In this document: in pieces, positions 38,034 to 47,334 of the stretch
How the letters are laid out: each line of letters starts with the position of its first letter
How positions within the stretch are numbered: position 1 is the first letter of the stretch
Origin: Pyrinomonadaceae bacterium
GTDB taxonomy: Bacteria > Acidobacteriota > Blastocatellia > Pyrinomonadales > Pyrinomonadaceae
Reading direction: 5' to 3'
Assembly (NCBI GenBank): GCA_023717565.1
Contig: JAMQPI010000675.1
Coordinates: 658 to 64,657 of the forward strand
Length of the DNA stretch: 64,000 nt
The notes under the pieces: generated by a model
Database searches by the model: none
Told to the model about the DNA's origin: nothing
Seen by the model: only the letters and a program-made list of their open reading frames with translations
Translations under genes and position numbers: made by a program

Positions 38034-38933
38034 TCAAAAGCACTTTTCGTATCGGCGAAAATTGATTAGTGCCATCTCACGGGTGTTCCCGTTAGCGAAG
38101 TTACCTCGGCGATGAAATCCCATATTGTTCGCAATCACGAGTGTATTGGCCTTCCCACAAATAGACGTCTCAACTAGAGTGCGGGCGTATTCCTGAGAAA
38201 CGGCGACCCGCTTGTTTGGCCCTCGAACCGCCAGCCAACTCGTGGGCAACGTATCGCCACGATTCAGTCGCGCCGTGCGCACGCTGATCTGATACTCGTG
38301 TGCGATGCGCTTCAAAGAAATGCGGTGTGAGCCTTTCACGTAGACAAAAGCCCCGTTGCTCTCATCAACGTCATTCAAGTAGTAGAAGGCTTTAATGGTT
38401 GGTGTATGCAAGTCAGCATGAAGAACATTTTCCAGATCGTTGTCGGGAGCGGCGTCTGAAATCTTGCGATACGCGTACAGGCTAATCGGCGGAACCGTAT
38501 TAACTTCTCGCCGCATCGCTGATGCAGCAATCTTCAGAATCAGCGCGTTATCGCGGAGATAAGTGGAAATGGCCGGGTTCTCATCGGTCCCGTTCAACGC
38601 AATGCTCGCCACTTGTAGTTTGCCGTCGTCCACACCTCTAAACGCATTGAAGGTCATCTTAGGCTTTATGGAACGATACTCTCCTCGTACCCGCCTAAAC
38701 TCGTCTTCAGAGAGGAAGTCATTGATAACAAGAACACCGTCTTGATCAAGCCTCTTAATGTAATCTCGAACGCCGGAATCAACTAAGCCAGGCCTCATTC
38801 TCCACGCGACGTGTTTTCCGATTATTCTCAAGACTTGTAAGCCGGCACGGTTTTCGATAACCGACCCAGTATGATATGGAGGAACTTCGTGGGCGAATCC
38901 TCGCACTATCGGAATCTTCTTAAGGCTAATCAT
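38034..38933 (-). CDS. 2OG-Fe(II) oxygenase (PhyH-like)
   Basis: DGVLVINDFLS, LHAD (HxD), KAFYYLNDVD..NGAF.YVKGSH, GFHRRG. Confidence 0.8.
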   Translation of the reverse strand: MISLKKIPIVRGFAHEVPPYHTGSVIENRAGLQVLRIIGKHVAWRMRPGLVDSGVRDYIKRLDQDGVLVINDFLSEDEFRRVRGEYRSIKPKMTFNAFRGVDDGKLQVASIALNGTDENPAISTYLRDNALILKIAASAMRREVNTVPPISLYAYRKISDAAPDNDLENVLHADLHTPTIKAFYYLNDVDESNGAFVYVKGSHRISLKRIAHEYQISVRTARLNRGDTLPTSWLAVRGPNKRVAVSQEYARTLVETSICGKANTLVIANNMGFHRRGNFANGNTREMALINFRRYEKCF

Positions 38934-38959
38934 TGTCCGTGTCTGAGCTTACGAGGCTC

Positions 38960-41095
38960 CTAAAACTCAACCAGGTCAGCCTTTCGCAGCTGCTGAACAA
39001 CATCTCTCACGGAATTAAACCCCACACCGCATTCGCGCGCTATCTCCGCAATTGAGAGCGTGCCATCTATCCGGTCAAGAATATTGAAAAGCGAATTGTG
39101 ACCTTCGGGATTCGAGTACCAATCCACGTGAAGACCGTAGCGCGAGCAGAAAGGCTCTCCCTTAAACTTGTTTACCGGCACCCGGTTCGACTCTAGTGTG
39201 TCGATCATCGACAGCACCATATCGCGGGAATCTTCAAGGTGCTTGATCGATACCAGACTCGGATTGTCAAAGCTGGAGTGATACTCGCGATAAGGCCAAT
39301 CGGGCGAACTGGGTGGAAGCACTCGCGACAAAGACAGGAACGGAATCCGCACGCCTGGACCATTAAACTGCCGCTCGTCGTTTCCAATCACGGTACGGAA
39401 GGGACCCGTCCAGCCATGAAAGTCGTGCTCCTTCAGTGCCAGCGTGAAGCAGAGATCAAGATCGGTATTCGCTTGAAAGGAAAGTTGTAGACCGTGCGGG
39501 TAATCAAGCCCAAGCATCTCGAGAAACATTCCGCCTTTTATCTTCGGAATGAGATCGGGATTGTGACTCAGGTAAGCGATTGACCCAATGGTTTCCGGCA
39601 CAATCAAATAACGATAGGTGTACCGCAGGTCCTTTCGCTTAAGCAGCTCTTGGGCAACCTTGATTCCAACGATTACGCCACTAAGGTCGTCATTCGCCTG
39701 ATGAGGATGACAAAGATGGGAACACAACACTATCGACTCATCGCTCTGGCCCGGAATCACAACCTCTCCGACTTTCAGAGTGCTGTAGCTGAAGTCAGTT
39801 TTGATTACAACCCGGTATTGATCTTCCGTTAACGTGTCTCTTAAGTTCTTACTACAACACAAGCCCCAGCTGCGCTCGTAGTACTTGAAAATGAAGGGAA
39901 TCGCCTCGGCGAGTTTTGGGTGTACGTAGAGATGCTTCAGCAACTCATCGCGATTGACGACGCCATCAAACGGCAACGAATAGGAAACCACGTGAAGCGG
40001 ATTATCAGCGTAGGAAAAGAGTCGCCTCCCGTCCATTGTTTCGAGATAAGCTTCATGGCAGGTCCACTTTTCGGGAATTATCCAGCTCCAGCATTCAGTG
40101 CCAGTGGGGTATTCGTGAATCGTCATCGGCACTTGAGTCGCCAGCGCTTCTAAAGCGGCATCGTAGCCATCGGAAATAATGTCACGAGGAAGACTCCACA
40201 GTGCATTCATCAATTCCGACTCAGTCGCAACCGCCGGAAGAGTAACCCGTTGGCTCGAGGCGGATACTCTCTCCTTTTCGAACTCTACCGGATCACCAAT
40301 AGGTCCCCTGGCCGTCAACCAAGGGTCTTGCTCCAACTCGCGCAGCGTAAGATCAAAGTACTCACGGCAGTCGACCGTCTTAACCTGACCGAGGCCGACA
40401 GGCGCGATTGAGCACTTGCCGGCTTCAATGGCCTTCCGTTCCAACCGAATACCATCGGGATACCCATTCTCTGCCATCACGCGAACGTTGTAGACCCAGC
40501 CGGACTTCTGCAAGCCTTTGCCGTTTCGAATGTAACCGGTAAAAAGTTTCTTGAACCGGAAGGGTACCTGCACCAGTTCTTCCACATAGTGACGAAAGGT
40601 CGCCTCATCAAGTCCGACACCAATCATGCAGATCTTGCCGCCTACCCGTAGCAACCGTTCATGCACGCTGCCGGATCCAAAGCAGCTGTTTGGCAGGTCC
40701 GTTAGTAATTCCTGGGCTTTTGGTCCCAGGCCCGCCACGGAATGTATTGGGTCCGCAGAACGAACTACTCCCGGAAGCTGGCGAAAGAATTCCAGAAAGT
40801 CTACTGAGGTGCTCCAGGGTCCGCCCGCTGTGGGCGTGTCATGAAGGTCGAAGACTTCCTGCTTGCAGAGAGAAAACGTATAAGTCGGAACTAAGATTGT
40901 TCCATCAGGGCCCACGACACTTTGAAGCGCATCCAAGATCGATTCACAAATCTGTTCGGAGGTATTGCAGCCTTTCAGATGTCCCAGATTCTCAACACAT
41001 AAGTGAAAGAACACAGTGTCTCCGGCTCCGAGGCCGGTCTTTTGTAACTGAGCGATGAAATCCGCTTGTGTGTAATGCCAATCCGTAAAAGTCAC
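38960..41095 (-). CDS. Fusion of an AAC(3)-family acyltransferase with a DUF4910/DUF2172 M28-peptidase-like domain and a C-terminal winged helix
   Basis: N-terminus: LGAGDTVFFH, GTILVPTYT, RSADPIHS, TFRHYVE. C-terminus: W.IPEKW, LHVVSYS, SHLCHPHQANDDLSG, VPETIGS, GNDERQ, YHSS.D. Confidence 0.8.
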   Translation of the reverse strand: MTFTDWHYTQADFIAQLQKTGLGAGDTVFFHLCVENLGHLKGCNTSEQICESILDALQSVVGPDGTILVPTYTFSLCKQEVFDLHDTPTAGGPWSTSVDFLEFFRQLPGVVRSADPIHSVAGLGPKAQELLTDLPNSCFGSGSVHERLLRVGGKICMIGVGLDEATFRHYVEELVQVPFRFKKLFTGYIRNGKGLQKSGWVYNVRVMAENGYPDGIRLERKAIEAGKCSIAPVGLGQVKTVDCREYFDLTLRELEQDPWLTARGPIGDPVEFEKERVSASSQRVTLPAVATESELMNALWSLPRDIISDGYDAALEALATQVPMTIHEYPTGTECWSWIIPEKWTCHEAYLETMDGRRLFSYADNPLHVVSYSLPFDGVVNRDELLKHLYVHPKLAEAIPFIFKYYERSWGLCCSKNLRDTLTEDQYRVVIKTDFSYSTLKVGEVVIPGQSDESIVLCSHLCHPHQANDDLSGVIVGIKVAQELLKRKDLRYTYRYLIVPETIGSIAYLSHNPDLIPKIKGGMFLEMLGLDYPHGLQLSFQANTDLDLCFTLALKEHDFHGWTGPFRTVIGNDERQFNGPGVRIPFLSLSRVLPPSSPDWPYREYHSSFDNPSLVSIKHLEDSRDMVLSMIDTLESNRVPVNKFKGEPFCSRYGLHVDWYSNPEGHNSLFNILDRIDGTLSIAEIARECGVGFNSVRDVVQQLRKADLVEF

Positions 41096-41141
41096 TTACT
41101 TACCTCATTCCCGTTTAATAGATTACTGGACTCCAGGCTGT

Positions 41142-42530
41142 TCATTTCCGATCGGAATACCTGTCGAGCACCTGCTCTACGACTTGTGGGGATATCTGAT
41201 CGGGGTACTTCTCAATAATTGTAGATAGGTGCTTGTTATTGAGATTTTGGTACCTGGTGAGCCAATGATTTTGGAGGTATTGGTTGACAACGAAAATGCT
41301 ACCGACGACTAACAGAGCAGCCGCTCCTTGCGCAATGAATCTCCTGCTCGCATGCTCCCGAAGCATCGGTGAAGCGCCAACGAACAGGCAGAAAGCGAGT
41401 AGCGGTATGTATTGGATCCGATAGCGGAAAATTTGGCTGTGAATTCCCGAATTAAGCACCAGAATGATCACGGACAGTTTTTGCGGCAGCGTCAACTTGA
41501 AGCTCAGAACTGAACCCGCCAACAACAAGGTTGGTATCCAAATCATGGGGTGCGATAACTGTAGTCCGCCTGAATTGTTGAAGACGGGCAAGAGAGTGGC
41601 CAAGAAGTTCTTGATGACGTTCTCAACTAGTGCCCAAAGTTGCAGATGCCTTGGCAAGCTTGCCCAGTTATCGTAGGCCCGCACACCGAATATGTAACCG
41701 CTTTCACTAAATGAACCGATCACTGAGTGGAAAATCATGAGTCTGAGAATTAGGTATGCGCTAATCACCATCAAAGAGGCAACTATCGTCTTGTTGCGCG
41801 ATCGGTTGGATGACGGCAAACACAAGACGCTTGCGAATAAGGCGAAGAAGGGCACGATTAATCCGCCCTCTTTACTGAGTAACGCAATCACCGATAAGAG
41901 AACGATATACCAAGGACGAATTTCTGACGCACTTTGGGCATCTTTCAGCAAGTGATCAAGGAATAGAAGAAGCGCTAGACCAACAATCAGTGTCGAGCGG
42001 TCAGAGACCCAAGACGCCGGTGAGGCGGTATAGATCGACACTAATGCAACGGCAGCAGCCAGGAATGCCAACTTTGCATCCCCTCCAACTTTCTGAACGA
42101 TCTTGTAGAGAAGCAAGACATTAAAGAAGTGAAGCAGCAGGCTAAGCAGTTGATTTGGGAACGCCCTGACGCCAAAAATTCGATAGCCCACCCAAATCGA
42201 AAGGGAGTGGAGAGGTCGGTACACGTTTCTGGGCTCGTACTTATCTCCTTGATGGTACAGCCCCATCCCCCAATCGGTTCCGAAATAGCTAAGCGGATTG
42301 GCCGTTCTTGAAACTGAAGACAAGATTCTCAAGTCGTCCGCCTCTCCTGGAACAAACCAAAGAGTTTTCTGAAACACGGCTAGGCCGAGAAACAATAACA
42401 AAGCGGCTGGGATGACTATTGACCGGTCGCTAAGCAGAGAATCGCGACCTTCCAACACCCTTCTATAAAGGACAGCTCTTAAGCCGTGAGCAGCCCTGGT
42501 CGATGGATACGCGTTAAGTGTTCCAGTCAC
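41142..42530 (-). CDS. Polytopic membrane protein, probable GT-C glycosyltransferase
   Basis: Acidic ADD after TM1, YRPL, LLLH..N, ALLSKEG; downstream of a UbiA-family gene. Confidence 0.6.
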   Translation of the reverse strand: MTGTLNAYPSTRAAHGLRAVLYRRVLEGRDSLLSDRSIVIPAALLLFLGLAVFQKTLWFVPGEADDLRILSSVSRTANPLSYFGTDWGMGLYHQGDKYEPRNVYRPLHSLSIWVGYRIFGVRAFPNQLLSLLLHFFNVLLLYKIVQKVGGDAKLAFLAAAVALVSIYTASPASWVSDRSTLIVGLALLLFLDHLLKDAQSASEIRPWYIVLLSVIALLSKEGGLIVPFFALFASVLCLPSSNRSRNKTIVASLMVISAYLILRLMIFHSVIGSFSESGYIFGVRAYDNWASLPRHLQLWALVENVIKNFLATLLPVFNNSGGLQLSHPMIWIPTLLLAGSVLSFKLTLPQKLSVIILVLNSGIHSQIFRYRIQYIPLLAFCLFVGASPMLREHASRRFIAQGAAALLVVGSIFVVNQYLQNHWLTRYQNLNNKHLSTIIEKYPDQISPQVVEQVLDRYSDRK

Positions 42531-42533
42531 GTG

Positions 42534-43994
42534 TTAGAAAGTTGCCATCAGCATAAGGATGACAATAATTCCTCCCACTAAATAACTGACTCGGTCCTTA
42601 AACGTAAAAACGATTGGGTCATCCACCATTTCACCGCGATTGGCAAGAATCCAAACTCGAGTAACCCAGTACAGCAAACATAGCCCAACACACCAAAGGA
42701 AGGTGGGATGCCGGTATATGGCAACAACCTCATGACTTTGAATGTAAAGGGTCAGGACCAGTACGGATAAATAGCCACTGACCGGTCCGATGCTTCTAAT
42801 TATGTCAATGTCGCTGACCGCGTAGCCGCGACCGCTGATACTGCTCACGTTATTTTTCTGTGAGGCGCCAAGCTCAACGTACCTTTTTACGAAAGCTAAG
42901 TTAAGGAAAAAGAATATCGAAAATGCTAGCAGCCATGGAGACAGCGTCACATTAACAGCCAAGGCACCCGCTAGGATGCGGAGAGTGTAGAGACCGGATA
43001 GTACTAGGACATCCACAGCAGCAACACGCTTAAAGTAGAACGAATACGCCAGGGTAATCAGAAAATACAGACCAAGCGATAAGCAAAATTGTGGAGGTAA
43101 CAAGAAAGCCGCTAAGGTGAAACTCAAAGACATCAGTAATGGAATGAGTGCCAGGCCAGTCTTTATCTGAAGTGCACCAGAGGCAAATGGGCGACTTTTC
43201 TTGCGTGGGTGTTGCCGGTCGGCTTCCAGATCCAACAAGTCGTTAACGACATATACGCTTGAAGCGCAAAGGCCAAACGCTAAGAAGGCATAAAGTGTCT
43301 GGGCGACCAAAGAAAGGTCCATAATCTTGTGCGCCGTTATCAGGGGAACAAAAAGCAGCAGATTCTTGACCCATTGTTGAATGCGAAGAGCCTTCAAGAG
43401 GGTCCGTAGTCGATTTTCCTCAACTGGGAAAACCCGTCCCACGGACGAAACCATCTGAGCTCGACTCAGTAAACGCGAGGATGGGTGAACTAGCATCGAC
43501 TCGTCGGCCGATTCCCAGATAGGCAGATCAACAGAACTGTTACCGATATAGTCGAACTGCTGATCTCCTACATGCTCTTCCAATGCATGGAGTTTGTGCC
43601 GTCCAGAAAGATTCACTAGTCCATTGCTGGAAATAACGGCTGAGAAGATGCCTAAGTGCACGGCCACTCTCTTTGCTATCTGTTGATCGCAGGCAGTAGC
43701 AAGAATGATCTCCCTGCCCGATTCCCACTCCTGCCTCAAAAACGAAAGCACGTTTTCTCGATAGGGCAACCCAGCAGGATTAAGGTTAACCGATTGAGCA
43801 ACTCGACTCTTGAAGATAGCCTTGCCTTTGAACAACCAGAACGTCAATACCAGTATCTTCCAGGGCTGATCCTTCAGGAGAAGAAGCAAGGACTCCCAGA
43901 GCGTGTCGGTAGCAATAAGGGTTCCATCAAGATCTACGCAGAGAGGCTTTTTATTTGCTGCTGGAACCGCAACGATTGCTATTTGGGGTTGCAT
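42534..43994 (-). CDS. UbiA-family polyprenyl-phosphate phosphoribosyltransferase with N-terminal HAD-like domain
   Basis: VDLDGTL (HAD); R.QQWVKNLLLF, NDLLDLEADRQHPRKKSRPFASG, DDPIVF. Start moved to ATG 43994. Confidence 0.85.
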   Translation of the reverse strand: MQPQIAIVAVPAANKKPLCVDLDGTLIATDTLWESLLLLLKDQPWKILVLTFWLFKGKAIFKSRVAQSVNLNPAGLPYRENVLSFLRQEWESGREIILATACDQQIAKRVAVHLGIFSAVISSNGLVNLSGRHKLHALEEHVGDQQFDYIGNSSVDLPIWESADESMLVHPSSRLLSRAQMVSSVGRVFPVEENRLRTLLKALRIQQWVKNLLLFVPLITAHKIMDLSLVAQTLYAFLAFGLCASSVYVVNDLLDLEADRQHPRKKSRPFASGALQIKTGLALIPLLMSLSFTLAAFLLPPQFCLSLGLYFLITLAYSFYFKRVAAVDVLVLSGLYTLRILAGALAVNVTLSPWLLAFSIFFFLNLAFVKRYVELGASQKNNVSSISGRGYAVSDIDIIRSIGPVSGYLSVLVLTLYIQSHEVVAIYRHPTFLWCVGLCLLYWVTRVWILANRGEMVDDPIVFTFKDRVSYLVGGIIVILMLMATF

Positions 43995-44038
43995 AGTAGG
44001 TGTTCTTAATTCTGAGTAGGTGCGATAAGTCAGAATTC

Positions 44039-45244
44039 TTACGCAGTGAGCCTTACGGCACGAGGTGCCGACACGGCTGTGATCTGATTTATTACCCGGT
44101 TCTGAGACGACGGTGTAAGACCCACAGAACATGGGAGACTCAACGCGCTCCGATTAAGATGCTCGGCGACGGGACAAACCGCATTCCAGGATCCTTTGTG
44201 AGCGGTCGACAAGTGGAGGGGCTGCCATAGAGGGCGCGCCTGAATCTTGTGCTGGGCCAAAGCCTGCAGGAGTTCTCGCGCACTGAGACCAAATTCGGCT
44301 TTATCTACCAGGATGGTGTACATCCAGTAAGTGCTTCGAGCCCAGGGAGCCTCACACATCGGTATGATCCCGGGTATTCCTCGGAGAGCCTGTTCGTAGT
44401 TGGCAGAGATTTTGCGCTTAGCGGTGACGTAAGATTCAAGCTGCTCCATTTGTGCCACACCCATCGCGGCCTGAATGTTTGTCAATCGGTAGTTGTATCC
44501 AATCTCCGCGTGAACGTATTCCAAGGGATCTTCTTTGGCCTGGGTTGTTAAGTGCTTTGCTCTTCGAGCCCACTCCTCGTTGTCGGTGACGATCATCCCG
44601 CCACCGCCGGTGGTGATAAGCTTGTTCCCGTTGAAACTAAAGCAAGCAATATCGCCGAGTTGGCCAACACTCTGATCTTTGTACTTAGCGCCCAAGCTCT
44701 CGGTGGCGTCCTCGATCACCGTCAATTCATATTTGCGGGCAAGAGCCAGAACCGGATCCATTTCCACTGGATGACCCAGAATGTGGACCGGAAGAATTGC
44801 TCTCACTCGCCTTCCAGTAACGCGGTTGCGCAGTACGCCTTTGCGCCACTGACATCCGCGTTCTAGGAAGTCAGCCAGTTTCGCGGTATCCATCTGCCAG
44901 TAATCTGGCTCGGCGTCCACGAACACCGGCCAGGCTCCCACGTACCTAATTGCATTTGCTGGAGCTATGAACGTGAGGGTGGAGACTAATACCTCATCAT
45001 CTGGCTCGACTCCTGCCACCAGTAGAGCAACATGGAGCGCGGCCGTTCCACTACTCGTTGCAACCGCGCAACTCGAACCAACGGCTTCAGCAATCGAGCG
45101 TTCGAACAGGTCAACGTAGGAACCAACGGTGGAAACCCAGGTCGTATCGAGGCATTCCTTAACGTATTTCCACTCGTTACCGCGGATCTCCGGAGCACAT
45201 AGTGGGACGAAAGCTTCCACAGCTGTTTGAGGCTTATTGGTCAT
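44039..45244 (-). CDS. legC: LegC-family PLP sugar aminotransferase
   Basis: SGTAALH, EDATESLG, SFNGNKLITTGGGG, GYNYRLTN. Confidence 0.8.
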   Translation of the reverse strand: MTNKPQTAVEAFVPLCAPEIRGNEWKYVKECLDTTWVSTVGSYVDLFERSIAEAVGSSCAVATSSGTAALHVALLVAGVEPDDEVLVSTLTFIAPANAIRYVGAWPVFVDAEPDYWQMDTAKLADFLERGCQWRKGVLRNRVTGRRVRAILPVHILGHPVEMDPVLALARKYELTVIEDATESLGAKYKDQSVGQLGDIACFSFNGNKLITTGGGGMIVTDNEEWARRAKHLTTQAKEDPLEYVHAEIGYNYRLTNIQAAMGVAQMEQLESYVTAKRKISANYEQALRGIPGIIPMCEAPWARSTYWMYTILVDKAEFGLSARELLQALAQHKIQARPLWQPLHLSTAHKGSWNAVCPVAEHLNRSALSLPCSVGLTPSSQNRVINQITAVSAPRAVRLTA

Positions 45245-45292
45245 GGAACGATTATTCAGCTTTGTGATCTTGCAGCGCGGATTGTGGGCAGT

Positions 45293-46255
45293 TCAATTTC
45301 GGTAGGCTGGAGCATCGAAGTCGCTGATCACGCCATGCTTGACGAGCCAAGCTACCTCCTCGATGCCGTTGCGCACAGTGAGAGAGACATCAAATCCCAA
45401 CCTATGATTTATCTTAGTGAAGCAGACGCGATAGTCTCTGGGATCTTCTTCGCGGCGCACGAACTCGACCTTCGCATCAGGAGCGTAAGGGCGCATCAGG
45501 TCGACTAGCTGTAGCTTTTGATAGTTCTCGGTGGTGTCACCGACGTTGAAGACCTCGCCCTGAACCGCGTTCTCTGGAGATGCCAGCACCAAGCATATTG
45601 CTCGGGCCACATCTCGGACGTGGATGTAAGGCCGCCAGAACTGTTCACCAAACACAACCAAATGTTTCTTGGTGAGCAGGTCCAGTGTGAATTCATTGAC
45701 AGTTAGGTCGAAACGCATTCGAGGAGACACACCAAACACAGTGGCAAACCGAAGTGGCGTCTTGCACATGGCACCATTTGACTCGAGCATGGCTTGTTCT
45801 ATTGCCACCTTCGTCTCAGCATAAAGCGATACCGGTCTGAGCTCGGATGTTTCATCGACGTAGCTCTCCGGATCGCTCATCTTTCCGTAATTACTGCAAG
45901 TTGAAGCAAACACGAAGCGGGAAACGCCCGCTCGCTTACTGTCTTCCAATAAAGTCAGAGACGCATCAAGGTTGACTTCACGTGCAAGTTCGGGCTGCCG
46001 GGCGCAGGCCGGGTCTCCAACAATCGCCGCCAGATGAACCACTGCATCAATCCCCAGGAGCGCTTTTCGAACAGCGTCGCGATCACGAACATCGCCGAGC
46101 TGAAACTCAAATCCAGGGTTAGCCCACACGCCTAGTAGCGAACCGCCGCCGTGCAGAAGCGAGTCAAGCACTCGGACCCGATTGCCCTCACCAAGCAACA
46201 TGGGAACTAGAGTCGACCCAACGTAACCAGCCCCACCGGTGACAAGAATGTTCAT
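45293..46255 (-). CDS. NAD-dependent sugar epimerase/dehydratase
   Basis: TGGAGYVG, HLAAIVGDPAC, STCSNYG, YAETK. Confidence 0.88.
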   Translation of the reverse strand: MNILVTGGAGYVGSTLVPMLLGEGNRVRVLDSLLHGGGSLLGVWANPGFEFQLGDVRDRDAVRKALLGIDAVVHLAAIVGDPACARQPELAREVNLDASLTLLEDSKRAGVSRFVFASTCSNYGKMSDPESYVDETSELRPVSLYAETKVAIEQAMLESNGAMCKTPLRFATVFGVSPRMRFDLTVNEFTLDLLTKKHLVVFGEQFWRPYIHVRDVARAICLVLASPENAVQGEVFNVGDTTENYQKLQLVDLMRPYAPDAKVEFVRREEDPRDYRVCFTKINHRLGFDVSLTVRNGIEEVAWLVKHGVISDFDAPAYRN

Positions 46256-47334
46256 GCTTGCAGACCCCCGTTTCTTGCGTACTCTTGGGCTCGCTCGTAA
46301 TCGGCTCGCTGCCCAATGTCCAACCAGTATTCGACGATGGGGAAGCTGACCACGTGCCTGCCTTTCTCGATCAGGCGTCCAATTAGGTCGGTCATGTCAA
46401 AACGAAGTCCGCTAGGTATGTATCGATATACTGTGGGCTCGAGCAGGTAAATGCCCGCATTGACAAGGAAATGAAGGACCGGTTTCTCCTCCACTTTTCG
46501 CACGCGTGAACCGTCACAATCAATCACTCCGTAAGGCACCTGCAACTCGTATTGTCTTACTCCGACAGTGACATCGGCGCCGTGTTCGCGGTGATAAGAG
46601 AGCATGCTCCGGAAATCAACTTCGGTGACGATATCACCGTTGATTACCAACAATGTTTCATTTGATTCCTCGAGCAGCTTTAGCCCGCCCGCCGTGCCCA
46701 AAGGACGATCTTCGTGCACATATCGAATGTCGACGTCAAACGCCTGTCCGTCACCAAAGTGGTCGGAAATCGACTCGGCCAGATAATGGGTGGTTAGATT
46801 CACACGCTTGATGCCGGCATCCTTCAATCGCTCAATGGTCAACTCGAGCAGCGGACGATCACCAACGGTCAGCATGGGCTTTGGCACATCATCTGTTAGC
46901 GGGCGAAGCCTGCTTCCAAATCCACCGGCCATAATGACCGCAGAGAGTCCAAGCTTCTCCTCGGAAACGAAATCACTCCGAAGCACCAAATCAACAACCC
47001 GGCCCAGATCATCCACCACCGGAAGATGATTCAGCAGAAACTCCCGGGCGTGGTCCATTAAGCTCAATGCATCGGCGGCTTCCCTAATACCGATGGCGAC
47101 GATTGGTTCAGGATTGGCAATATCGCTACAGGGTTTGTCGAATGGAATTCCGCGCAAGATGGCGCGCCGAAGATCGCCATCGGTCAGAAGTCCCCGCAGG
47201 ATGCGCTCTTTGTCACAGAGCAAAAGGGCACCGGTGCCCGCTCGCTCCAGCTGCGCGATTGCTTCGGCGATAGAAGCGTGGGATGGAATTATCGTCCTGG
47301 TAAGACGATCAATGGAGGCTGCTGGTCGCACCAT
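46252..47334 (-). CDS. CBS-domain sugar-1-phosphate nucleotidyltransferase (PtmE-like)
   Basis: CBS pair (LTDGDLRR), MAGGFGSRLRPLT..PKPM, PLGTAG, INGD, VPYGV, WLDIG. Confidence 0.85.
   Translation of the reverse strand: MVRPAASIDRLTRTIIPSHASIAEAIAQLERAGTGALLLCDKERILRGLLTDGDLRRAILRGIPFDKPCSDIANPEPIVAIGIREAADALSLMDHAREFLLNHLPVVDDLGRVVDLVLRSDFVSEEKLGLSAVIMAGGFGSRLRPLTDDVPKPMLTVGDRPLLELTIERLKDAGIKRVNLTTHYLAESISDHFGDGQAFDVDIRYVHEDRPLGTAGGLKLLEESNETLLVINGDIVTEVDFRSMLSYHREHGADVTVGVRQYELQVPYGVIDCDGSRVRKVEEKPVLHFLVNAGIYLLEPTVYRYIPSGLRFDMTDLIGRLIEKGRHVVSFPIVEYWLDIGQRADYERAQEYARNGGLQA

Noticed and set aside
38960..41095. Aminoglycoside resistance gene aac(3)
   Set aside because: Fused to DUF4910 inside a glycan operon with no mobile context; biosynthetic acyl transfer is more plausible.
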